From assembly GCA_047495785.1 (NCBI GenBank), contig JBLDXI010000029.1:3782001-3846000 (forward strand): a DNA stretch of 64,000 nt, in the 5' to 3' direction. The translations under genes and the position numbers were made by a program. Positions 1 through 10,567 of the stretch are shown here, piece by piece. The notes below the pieces were generated by a model. The model had not been told where the DNA came from. It ran no database searches and was given only the letters and a program-made list of their open reading frames with translations. How positions within the stretch are numbered: the first letter of the stretch is position 1; every line of letters starts with the position of its first letter. The DNA is from Lepidodermella squamata. Lineage: Eukaryota > Animalia > Gastrotricha.

Positions 1-780
1 GCACGGGGAGTTCCATCGTTGTTTACAGCTGCTATTCTGTATGGTAAGGTTGTGCCGGCTTGTTGAATACACGCCAATACAGGCGGGGTGCCAGGAACCA
101 TCTCGTATAACACACTATCAGCCCCTTTCACGGCATTACAGCATTCCGCAAATGACGGAAAAGTATTAATCGCGGCGGCTGATGGCTGAAAGGAATACAA
201 TTAGGAAACTGCAATTTCACAATTCGCATAAATGTATACAGCCGTTTGAGTTTTAAGGACTGAGTTGCATGCCCCGCCATTCGCTGTGCAGAATGGAACA
301 TTAAATTTCGCAAAATTTGTTGCATCGCCTTGTGTCTGTGTTATTTCACACAGCTTGTATGTAGTCTGGTATTTATACATTCAAAACTCAGTGAAATGCA
401 TGTTTGAACGTTGTTCAACCAACCGGGCTTGCGCAAGCTTGGTCAACCGGGCATTGAGTTGCTGATTTGCCGACACAATTATTCGAACCAGTGTCGCAAA
501 TGTTGGCAGGTGGTGTGCAGGTGCACGAAGGGGCCGGGGACCCGCCTTTCGCCACGCAGCTGTTCGTAGTGGCGTCACATACATTAGCCGATGTCACACA
601 GGATGATCCAGAGTTGCAAGGGTTGGATGTCGTATAACAAGCCTTGCCGTTAGGGCAAGTCGCAACAGTAGGGGTTTCGATGACACCTGTTGACCTCGGG
701 CATGGTGTTGTGGAAGCTGCAGGGCAAGCAACAGTAACCGCAAGCCCAGCTGCGAGAATTGCAAGGATAAAACACTCCAT
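1..780 (-). CDS. Cys-rich secreted protein, paralog A (multi-exon, runs off the left edge)
   Basis: Exon 1 is nearly identical to 2360-2728 (signal peptide MECFILAILAAGLAVTVA) apart from a 12-nt indel. Diverged copies of exons 2-3 lie at about 370-240 and 185-1. Confidence 0.7.
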
Positions 781-879
781 GGAAAGATTTCAATATCTAA
801 TTTGGGAAAAAGGGTATTTTATGACAACATGTTATGGTTTAAAAAAGGATTATTCAAAAGCTGAAAGGAGGTTTCCCTA

Positions 880-1310
880 AAAAGACATAGAAACGAAACA
901 ATGGTATCTAAGAGCTACACAGGTGGTTGTAAGTGCAATTAAACCGCTAAACGTAGCAGTAAAAGAAAAGCACATACAATAAGGACGGGAAGTTCCATAG
1001 TTGACTTGAGCTGCTAATCTGTATGGACGGACCTGTTGAACACAGGCCTAATCAAGTGGGGTGCCGGGAAAGACCTCTTATATGTTGTAAGACTCTGTTA
1101 CACGGCATTACAGCAATCTGCACAGGTCGGAAAGGTAGTAACTGGGGCGGTAGCCGGCTGAAAGGAAAACAGTTTGAAAATTGCAGTGTCACAATCTGCT
1201 TGGAAGCATGCAAGTGTTGAACTTTTAAGGACAGAGTTGCATCTCGACCAGGTTGCATTCGAAGTGCAAAATGGGACATTGGTTTTGCGTAATTCTGCGT
1301 AAGTTTTGCG
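880..1310 (-). pseudogene. Decayed paralog fragment (exons 2-3) of the Cys-rich family
   Basis: NVPFCTSNA...CNSVLKSS and PATAPVTTFPTCADCCNAV followed by an in-frame stop; exon 1 is absent. Confidence 0.65.
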
Positions 1311-1689
1311 CTCCAGAACGTGCCCATTTACTGTAAATTTAACAAATGTTAACGAATTCCGCTTTTCGCGGTCCAGCCGAGTTGTCGTTTCGAGCACGCC
1401 CGGGAACAAGATGGGAGCCATGGTTCGAAAACGAAAATTATTATTTCACAAATCTTTTTTCGGCAAATCTAGACATCAAATATTTTTTGAATAAATAACC
1501 GAACAAGACATATTTGTATATGTCCTTTCCTCGATTGTTCGCATTTAAGAAGATGAAGCATTAAACAAGCAGAATAGCAAGAATCCGATACACACTGAAT
1601 TTTCCCAACTGCAAGCGGTTATAAGTTAAGCATAGACAACTGATTATTATTATCCATCGAGGGCTCATCTATTAGCCACATGAGGCCAT

Positions 1690-2728
1690 CTATTTACGGC
1701 AGAACTCAAAATCAGCACCATAGGCTTCGACGGTGCCCAATGAGATAGTGAACGGCGATAGCAGCAAGCAGCAACCTTGGAAAGTTGAAGCCCCGAAAGC
1801 GCCGCCTTTAGTAGCCTGAATGCGAAAAGGCAAACTTAAATGAATGAAAAATGTTATCATTCTGAAAGCTACCAGTGTGTTCCTAACTTCAACGAAGTTA
1901 TAGTCATATGCAGTATAAGGGAAGCGCACACATGCAGCAGTGGGAGATCCATTGTAGTTGAAGGATGATAATCTGTAAGGTAAAGTTGTGCCGGCTTGTT
2001 GAACACACGCCAATACAGGCGGGGTGCCAGGAACCATCTCGTATAACACACTTTCAGCCCCTTTCACGGCATTACAGCAGTCCGCGAATGACGGAAAAGA
2101 AGTTGTCGCGGCAGTAGATGGCTGTAAAGAATAACTTTTGGAAATTGCAACGACACAATTCGCCTAAAGGTTTACAGCTGTTCTACTTTTAAGGACAGAG
2201 TCGCATGCCCCAGCATTCGCTGTGCAGAATGGAACATTGGCTTTCGCGTAACTTCCTGAATCGCCTTTGGTCAGCGTTATCACACACAACTTGTAGGAAA
2301 TCTGGAGACATTCAAAATTCAGCATGAAATAAAAACTAATCGGAAATTGTTCTACCAACCGTGCTTGCGCAAGCTTGGTCAACCGGGCATTGAGTTGCTG
2401 ATTTGCCGATACAATTATTCGAACCAGGGTCGCAAATGTTGGCAGGTGGTGTGCAGGCTTGACTTCCTGAGCACGAAGGGGCCGGGGACCCGCCTTTCGC
2501 CACGCAGCTGTTCGTAGTGGCGTCACATACATTAGCCGATGTCACACAGGATGATCCAGAGTTGCAAGGGTTGGATGTCGTATAACAAGCCTTGCCGTTA
2601 GGGCAAGTCGCAACAGTAGGGGTTTCGATGACACCTGTTGACCTCGGGCATGGTGTTGTGGAAGCTGCAGGGCAAGCAACAGTAACCGCAAGCCCAGCTG
2701 CGAGAATTGCAAGGATAAAACACTCCAT
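1690..2728 (-). CDS. Cys-rich secreted protein, 4 exons, 284 aa, function unknown
   Basis: Exons 2728-2360, 2301-2176, 2121-1888 and 1815-1690 are joined by three phase-0 GT-AG introns (58, 54, 72 nt) into one open frame. Signal peptide present; repeats CVTSANVCDATTNSC and CTPPANICDPGSNNC. Confidence 0.8.
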
Positions 2729-3570
2729 GGAAAGATTTCAATATCTAATTTGGGAAAAAGGGTATTTTATGACAACATGTTATGGTTTAAAAAAGGATTA
2801 TTCAAAAGCTGAAAGGAGGTTTCCCCTCCTGTTTCCAGATCTTAGAAAAAGTTCCCTATTGCTGCCTTCACATAGCCGAGAACTATTGACTGCAACTAAG
2901 ATTCATCTTATCCGCTATTTCTGATATGCAGTTCCATGCACTCGGGTTCATGTGGGTTTGTGACTTTCTTCCAGCCTCCTGCCGCTGTGTGCATACTTGG
3001 TCGCATTTTCACACGATTCGACGTCAAGAATCAAGAAAATTATACAACCCCGCGACCTAATGATCATCAAACGTGAACGCTTCGCCATAGCGCCACACTG
3101 GTGCCAGTATATTATTTTAATACGCTTATTTTGTACGATCACACATAATTTGTACACGTTATGTCATTATCCTTAATTACCAACTGGGGAAAGTATCACT
3201 GTGGTAAAATTTCTTTTTTTCTCATTAATGCGCTGGTCCCAAAGTTCAGTGCTGAAGATTTCTCTCTGCTTTCGCGTATTTGTTATACTTTTGCTCGCTT
3301 CAGGACGGCCTTTACGTTTGGCGAACATCAGGCCTGTGTAGTTTTTTGCCGCTCGCCGTCGAATCGTCCGGAGGGCGTAAATTTGAAGTTGGGTATAATA
3401 TATGCCACATGTATATTGTGATATATATGGCACTTGTATTATACACAGCTAGTCATCACAGTCCTCGCTAGTATCACTGCCGTGGCGCAATTTGATTCAT
3501 GTAATTGGTTGACGTCGTTAAGGGTGAATTTGGCATTGTCAAAAAATTACCCACTGATTTAATTGCATAT

Positions 3571-3740
3571 TGTTTAATAACTCGGATTTAGGCTTGTTTA
3601 CATCCATTTCAAGGTCTCAGGCGATGAGTAAAAAGCGACCTTTTTAACGTGAATGAAGAGGCAAAAACAAGAGACATTTTTCTTGTCGCCTATCACCTTG
3701 AAATTGATGTAAACAAGCCTAAATCCGAATTATTCAAACG
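3571..3740. repeat. Imperfect inverted repeat with arms of about 70 bp, probably part of a non-autonomous element
   Basis: AATAACTCGGATTTAGGCTTGTTTACATC pairs with GATGTAAACAAGCCTAAATCCGAATTATT; a diverged arm recurs at about 6451-6540. Confidence 0.7.
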
Positions 3741-3938
3741 ACGCCAACGATATCTAAAACCCCTCGGGCTTGCCGGGCTTGCCGGGCTCGCCTCGGGTTT
3801 TCAGATTGGGGATTATATCTTTAGCGACGCGCCAAAACAACCACTTTACTATTCATGGCTTTTTCTACAAATCTTTCTACAAATTTCATCCACGGCGAAT
3901 TGGTGTTGTAATAATATAATAATATAGTGACAGCTGTA

Positions 3939-4689
3939 CACTTGAAAAAAATAACCCCTGATCAGCCCCCTGATCAGGGGTCATAGCTCCTAGTCATTAC
4001 TATAGCTGATCAGGGGGTAATATGCACCCTGATCAGGGGTTATATTGAAATGAACCCTAATCAGCTCACCCTGATGAGGGGTCATTTTGGTTCTAATATT
4101 TGCTGATAATAATCACTTTTAGCGCCCCTGATAAGCTGCTGATCAGCAAATTTAGTATAATTTCAAAAGTTTTAGAAAATTGGCAGCCCTTTTTCATTTT
4201 TATTTTTATATTATTTTGTTGAGTAGCCGGTTGATCAAGATCCGCCAACCCTGGTGCCATCTAGGTAATGCCGGTAGGCTCGGTGGTATGGTATACCACC
4301 GGACACGGCAACTACCTAAGCATGGCTCTAGGTCTCATCTGCTCCTGCAGGGTCTCATGATGGCACTTGGTAGAGCCATTTGTAAGAAAAAGAAGGAAAA
4401 AGAGGGTGAAGTAATAGAGTTCGCGTGTGAAATAATATGCTTTTTTGAAAATATGGACCTTCCGACGCAAGCCTGAATTGAACATGCAGTCTAATTTGCA
4501 TATGCACGCTTGGTTAATTAGCGAATGCACACTTTTGACCCCTGATCAGCAAAGTCATGCTGATCAGCATGAAATGACATGGATTATCAGCTGGCGACTG
4601 CTGATTATCAGGGGTTGTCCCTTTTTCGTCCTGATCAGCAAAAGGGTTTAAACAGCTGACCCCTGATCAGGGGTTAATTTTTTCTAGTG
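3939..4689. mobile_element. Non-autonomous CACTA/EnSpm-like DNA transposon, 751 bp
   Basis: TIRs CACTTGAAAAAAATAACCCCTGATCAG and CTGATCAGGGGTTAATTTTTTCTAGTG, TA on both sides, many subterminal (CCCC)TGATCA(GGGG) motifs. Confidence 0.75.
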
Positions 4690-4786
4690 TAAGGGTAAGG
4701 CGCTAGCTCGGCCTTTACGTTTGATAGTGTTCATTAGCTGGTATGGCTGTAAATTGTTCTTGATGCTTTTGCCGTCGAATCGGTTG

Positions 4787-5502
4787 AAAATCAGCAACTC
4801 AATGCCCGGTTGACCAAGCTTGCGCAAGCACGGTTGGTTGAACAATTTCCGATTAGTTTTTATTTCATGCTGAATTTTGAATGTCTCCAGATTTCCTACA
4901 AGTTGTGTGTGATAACGCTGACCAAAGGCGATTCAGGAAGTTACGCGAAAGCCAATGTTCCATTCTGCACAGCGAATGCTGGGGCATGCGACTCTGTCCT
5001 TAAAAGTAGAACAGCTGTAAACCTTTAGGCGAATTGTGTCGTTGCAATTTCCAAAAGTTATTCTTTACAGCCATCTACTGCCGCGACAACTTCTTTTCCG
5101 TCATTCGCGGACTGCTGTAATGCCGTGAAAGGGGCTGAAAGTGTGTTATACGAGATGGTTCCTGGCACCCCGCCTGTATTGGCGTGTGTTCAACAAGCCG
5201 GCACAACTTTACCTTACAGATTATCATCCTTCAACTACAATGGATCTCCCACTGCTGCATGTGTGCGCTTCCCTTATACTGCATATGACTATAACTTCGT
5301 TGAAGTTAGGAACACACTGGTAGCTTTCAGAATGATAACATTTTTCATTCATTTAAGTTTGCCTTTTCGCATTCAGGCTACTAAAGGCGGCGCTTTCGGG
5401 GCTTCAACTTTCCAAGGTTGCTGCTTGCTGCTATCGCCGTTCACTATCTCATTGGGCACCGTCGAAGCCTATGGTGCTGATTTTGAGTTCTGCCGTAAAT
5501 AG
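4787..5502 (+). pseudogene. Inverted, 5'-truncated copy of the 1690-2728 gene
   Basis: Near-identical reverse complement of about 2403-1690 (ORF 5125-5502 equals ORF 1690-2067). Start codon and signal peptide are missing. Confidence 0.8.
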
Positions 5503-5684
5503 ATGGCCTCATGTGGCTAATAGATGAGCCCTCGATGGATAATAATAATCAGTTGTCTATGCTTAACTTATAACCGCTTGCAGTTGGGAAAATTCAGTGT
5601 GTATCGGATTCTTGCTATTCTGCTTGTTTAATGCTTCATCTTCTTAAATGCGAACAATCGAGGAAAGGACATATACAAATATGT

Positions 5685-6162
5685 ATAAATAAGGCCCTAG
5701 GGAAGGCTAGTTTCGAGGAAAAACTCACATAATAAGGCGAGGCGAAGCCGAGTCTTATTATGCGATTTTTCCGAGGAACTAGCCGTACCGTGGGCCTTAT
5801 TAGACATATTACTCAAGGCGAAGCGTTCACCGTTCCCGATAAAACTGCAATTTAAATGGAAAAATGTGACATAATAAGTGATTTTCTGGTGTGAAATGCG
5901 ACTTTAAAAAATTAAACTTTAAAAACCTTAAAACTGTTCGATGAAAACGGCCTTTTTGAACGAATTTCATGCTGAAACAAGAAAAGTGATCTCGCTTCGC
6001 TCGATGAAATCAGCGTCCCCGAGACGTGCGCTCGCGTTTCACGGCGGGGCAAGGTTTTCGCACCTTCGGTGCTCACTGTAAAAATTAAAAAATCCCCCTT
6101 AAATAAGCGGCTTCTTAATATGTTATTATGTTATTATGTAAGCTTCGCCTAGAGTAATATGT
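5685..6162. mobile_element. 478-bp hairpin-rich insertion, absent from the sister copy
   Basis: The empty site at about 1503-1530 has AATATGT once; here AATATGT flanks both ends (5678-5684 and 6156-6162). Long hairpin at 5689-5801 around GAGGCGAAGCCGAG; inverted repeat 5802-5824 with 6142-6164. Confidence 0.75.
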
Positions 6163-6539
6163 CTTGTTCGGTTATTTATTCAAAAAATATTTGATGTCTA
6201 GATTTGCCGAAAAAAGATTTGTGAAATAATAATTTTCGTTTTCGAACCATGGCTCCCATCTTGTTCCCGGGCGTGCTCGAAACGACAACTCGGCTGGACC
6301 GCGAAAAGCGGAATTCGTTAACATTTGTTAAATTTACAGTAAATGGGCACGTTCTGGAGCGGGCTGAGCGCAGAGTGGTTAAGCGCCGTTAACCGACAGG
6401 CCGAAATCAGACTCGTGCCGCAACATGGTAATTTGCTATGATATCATTAGCGACGTTGAATAACTCGGATTTAGGCTTTCTTACGTCTTACATCCGTTTC
6501 CTTGTCACAGGTGACAAGTAAAAGCGGCTTTTTATTTCA

Positions 6540-7030
6540 CGAAATCAGCAACTCAATGCCTAGTTGGACAGGCTTGCGCAAGCATGGTCAGTTGAAAAAT
6601 GTTCGAATATGTAGCTTTCGAAAACACTGCAATTTTCAAACTGTTTTCCTTTCAGCCGGCTACCGCCCCAGTTACTACCTTTCCGACCTGTGCAGATTGC
6701 TGTAATGCCGTGTAACAGTGTCTTACGAGGTCTTTCCCGGCACCCCACTTGATTAGGCCTGTGTTCAACAGGTCCGTCCATACAGATTAGCAGCTCAAGT
6801 CAACTATGGAACTTCCCGTCCTTATTGTATGTGCTTTTCTTTTACTGCTACGTTTAGCGGTTTAATTGCACTTACAACCACCTGTGTAGCTCTTAGATAC
6901 CATTGTTTCGTTTCTATGTTTTTCGCATTCAGGGTACTTCAGGCGCTACAACCTTCCAAGCTTGCTGCTTGCTTCTACCGCCGTTCACTTTCACATTAAA
7001 GCACCGTCAATAAATTTGAGATCTGCTATA
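6540..7030 (+). pseudogene. Second inverted, decayed fragment of the Cys-rich family
   Basis: Reverse complement of about 1183-890, plus remnants of the exon 1 end and exon 4. Confidence 0.65.
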
Positions 7031-7699
7031 TAAAGGTTACTCTCTTGCAATTGGAATAAACCTTTGCAAATGGGAAATAACAAGAGTCGGATTCATTAAC
7101 GTCGCCATTGTCTATTTTGCGGTCATGTTTATTCTTTTTGCTTTCATGGCTTTTGTAAAGAATTGAAGAAAAGACAAATAAAAGGGTCATTCCTTATCGT
7201 TCCGTTATTAGGAAACTATGCGAACTACTCTCGGACGTTGTCAAGTTTTTGCAGTAAACCATTTTCACGCATATTACCTGTGTAAAAACTAAAAAGTTAG
7301 CAACCACAATTCAAGGCAGAAGCTTGAGGAGATTAGTATTTAGGCCATTTTTAGGAGGATCCCAAAATTTGCTCAAATCAGTTGGTTCAAACTCACCACA
7401 TCGCTAGCGTTTCGGTCATACTATCCCTTTGACTCCACTCGAAGAGGAATAACTCGCAAAATATCCCTGAATTTCCGACTTCAAAGTGCTGGATCTGATA
7501 TTGAAGATTGTCGAAGATAATGAGCAATCATGATATTTTTCGTTTGATCTAAACTCTCAAGACCTATTTCCTACAAGGATTAAATGCATGTTACAATCAC
7601 AATCAGTATCGAGACCTTGGAATTTTATTATTCATGATTGACTTCAAATTCACAATTTCGGAATATCAAGAGGTTAATTAACTTTCTCGCCAAATGTCC

Positions 7700-8449
7700 T
7701 CAGTTTTTAGCTGAAACCTCACTCCAGAACTGGGTCAAAAACACCTTCATAAAATCGTGACGCTGCTGAGCCAGTTGGCGCGCAGATTCCGTCTTCATCA
7801 TAGCCGACAAATGCAGCAGCTTCTCATAGACATGCCCAATCGCATCACCGCCTTTTGGCTTAACAGCCGACGCGTTGTACTGCTCAGCCGTTGGTTTCTC
7901 AGCCACGTAATTCTCCGGCTCAGTAAACTGCGAAATCACGCCTCCAGTCGCCCCAGCATAGGCGAAACACCTAGCCAAACCCGCGGCGCCGATCGCGTCT
8001 AAACGATCAGCGTCCTGGACAATCATGAATTCAATCGTCGAGCAAATCGCTGGTTTCGACTGATTCGCCTCCAACTCTTTACGGAACGACATGTTAGCGA
8101 CAATTTGGAGGCACGAGTCTTTTTCGTCGTGCGAAAGGCCTGGAATTTTGTCGAGAATCGCCAGGATGTGCTGGCGTTGAACTTCGACGCTTTTCGTGTA
8201 CTTGAAATCGCCGACATCGTGGATGAGCGCGGTGATTGCGACGACTTTTTCGTTGATTTTCAAGCTGCTATCACGGACCTGTTCCATAGCGACTAGACGT
8301 AGGGCGTTTGATTTAACGCGTTCGATGTGGCTGTAATCGTGGGAGGCGTCTTGCTTGTTGTCTTCCAGGTAGATTTTGACTAGCTGCTCGGTTGTTCGAA
8401 GCATTTCAGAACTCAGTAAGTTATCAGTCGCTGAACAAGCATTAACCAT
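7700..8449 (-). CDS. HD-domain metal-dependent phosphohydrolase (YpgQ-like), intronless
   Basis: Motifs DASHDYSHIERV, ALIHDVGDFKY, IVQDADRLDAIGAAGLARCFAY, HVYEKLLHL and RHDFMKVFL. Confidence 0.9.
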   Translation of the reverse strand: MVNACSATDNLLSSEMLRTTEQLVKIYLEDNKQDASHDYSHIERVKSNALRLVAMEQVRDSSLKINEKVVAITALIHDVGDFKYTKSVEVQRQHILAILDKIPGLSHDEKDSCLQIVANMSFRKELEANQSKPAICSTIEFMIVQDADRLDAIGAAGLARCFAYAGATGGVISQFTEPENYVAEKPTAEQYNASAVKPKGGDAIGHVYEKLLHLSAMMKTESARQLAQQRHDFMKVFLTQFWSEVSAKN

Positions 8450-9406
8450 CTTTCGGCGTCTAAATACTCCTACAAGTTAGTGGAAAAATAATTAAACTTG
8501 AACAATAAGGTAAATTTAGCTGAATAATTATTAAAAAAATGACCTATAGCAAGAGCTGTCATTGATAGAAACAGCATACTATAGCGAGTACTGTATCAAT
8601 TTTATTGTATGTGAAAAAGTCAAGATAACAAAAAAGTCACAACGCATAATATATAATATGGCAACACATTTTACACACGTGCGAGAGAAAAAACAGTGCG
8701 ATGTGTATATGAGTGTGTTAGTACAATTTTTCATTCATAAAATAATGATAGTGGTCGTGATGATTCATACGCCGCCATACCGTAGCGCAGGATAAGTTTG
8801 AACACTTCGGCTTTGCAGGTGAATAGGTTTGTAACGCCGTATGATAAAAATACAAGGTTTGTTGCATAAAATTCCCCGTCTCATGCGCTGTCGAATGGCG
8901 TGAGTCCCAGGGCGATTGGAGAAAAAACTTGATTTTTGATCCTCGAACAGTGTGGAATAAGGTGGTGGGGCCGGTGGATATACGGTACCGCCGAGTTGGC
9001 CCTGTAGTTTAGCAAAAATGTCCCTCGACCAAAGGGTCCTCCTTGTGCTTTTATTATAATTTTCCCAGCTCATCCTCACCAGTTGGAAGATCCTATATTC
9101 CACCCCGAATGGTTTAGTCAAAAATTGCAGGTATAACACTTTTTTTTTATTTTTAATTTCTAACCAAGAAAAAAAATTTTTTCATGACAGCATCGTGGCC
9201 TTATCGAATTTCGATCCCAGCATTGCCCAAATTAAAGTCTTGAGCTTGAGATGAAATATCAAATATCAGGTTTTTTCAAAGAGTACAACAGTCTGGTATC
9301 GGATTTAAAGAATTCAGCATGTCGAATGTCTTCAAATGCTTTTATTTGAACTTGATAATAAAACGAAGGGTTTACGTTACGGAAATGTCAATGAAATGTC
9401 CCTGAA

Positions 9407-9825
9407 TTATTTCCTAGCCATTGCAAACAGTGACAGTCTGCCGTTTTTGCAGACAGTATCGACGATTTGCTTGCAAAACGGAGAAATCTGACAGATGCCT
9501 GTTAGCAACTGCTCTCGGCAAGACAGTCCCGGTTTGGCTTGGTCGTGAGATACCGTTTCCTTCTTATCCAAAATCCGCAATTCGTCATTCATGTCGGACA
9601 ATCCAGGAAAATCCTCTATTTCCTTCTCGACGCCAGCTGAAACAATGGAGAAAATTCAATATTAGGCAATGTCTAAGAATATGTAAAATAAAACTTGCAT
9701 TGTTCTGGTTCGTTAGCCTCAGGTATCGCATTGATGTACAAGAAATTTTGGGCCAGGCCTTCCGTCACGAGTAGAGCGAAATATACTGAAAACAGCATGA
9801 GAACGAGAGAAAATTGGGACGTCAT
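9407..9825 (-). CDS. Secreted prepropeptide, 118 aa, 2 exons with a GC-AG intron
   Basis: Exon 1 (9825-9699) encodes the signal peptide MTSQFSLVLMLFSVYFALLVTEGLA. A 62-nt intron GCAAGT...TTTCAG (phase 1) joins in frame to exon 2 (9636-9407): acidic pro-region, KK site, 4-Cys peptide. Confidence 0.7.
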
Positions 9826-10567
9826 TTTGGTTTATATAATCAAGCCATTTCACCAAATTCTAAGTTACAGAAAAATAACATTAAAATATGAGCTTTTTTG
9901 TCATTCCTTGTCTCTTGAGGCCTTCGAGGTCATTTGGTATTTTCTTGCGCTAGTAAAGAATTTCATTTCGCTAATTAAAACTGGAACACATGGGATTCCA
10001 GAATTTCTGGACTCGTTGGGGATTGGTATCTTACAGAAGCTGAAATATCGTAAAAAGCGAAAATTGGAACTGAAATGTGAACCGAGGAAATGACATGAAT
10101 AGTTGCGCAGACATTGCCAGGGATTAATTGCCCATGATTTTCCGTTCAATGACGCTCAATATTCATCTAACGGCCCCCAGCTCATAGAAATTAGGTTGCC
10201 CATAAATAGCGCCAGTGGGAGTCTCACGTGGTCAACATTGCATTCTCAAGAACTTAATTTTCCCCTACTCGAGTTTTTTTTACGGCTCTCTCCACTCAAG
10301 TGTTAAGCCCTCGAAAGACAGCGTAGCTTTTAGGCGAAACCATAATCAGCGTTACTTCATAGTTCTGCATACAGTTTCTCAACTTACTGCGGTAATTCCC
10401 ACGCTCATTTGCATATGAAATCACTAATTATGAGAGCATCAGCTGTTTTAATATATTCATAAAATTAAATATTTCTGAGTATTCGTAAACCATGTTCATT
10501 TTGTTTCACTTTGACGAACCGAATAAAACAGAAGGAAGAATCCATAAAAACTACAAATTTTTCCAAA

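Noticed and set aside
3955-4680. CCCCTGATCAGGGG repeats as a CRISPR-like array
   Set aside because: Irregular spacing and confined within TIRs; these are subterminal transposon motifs.
6361-6425. tRNA- or SINE-like A-box (GCGCAGAGTGGTTAAGCGC)
   Set aside because: No B-box (GTTCGA) or acceptor stem; at most a SINE fragment.
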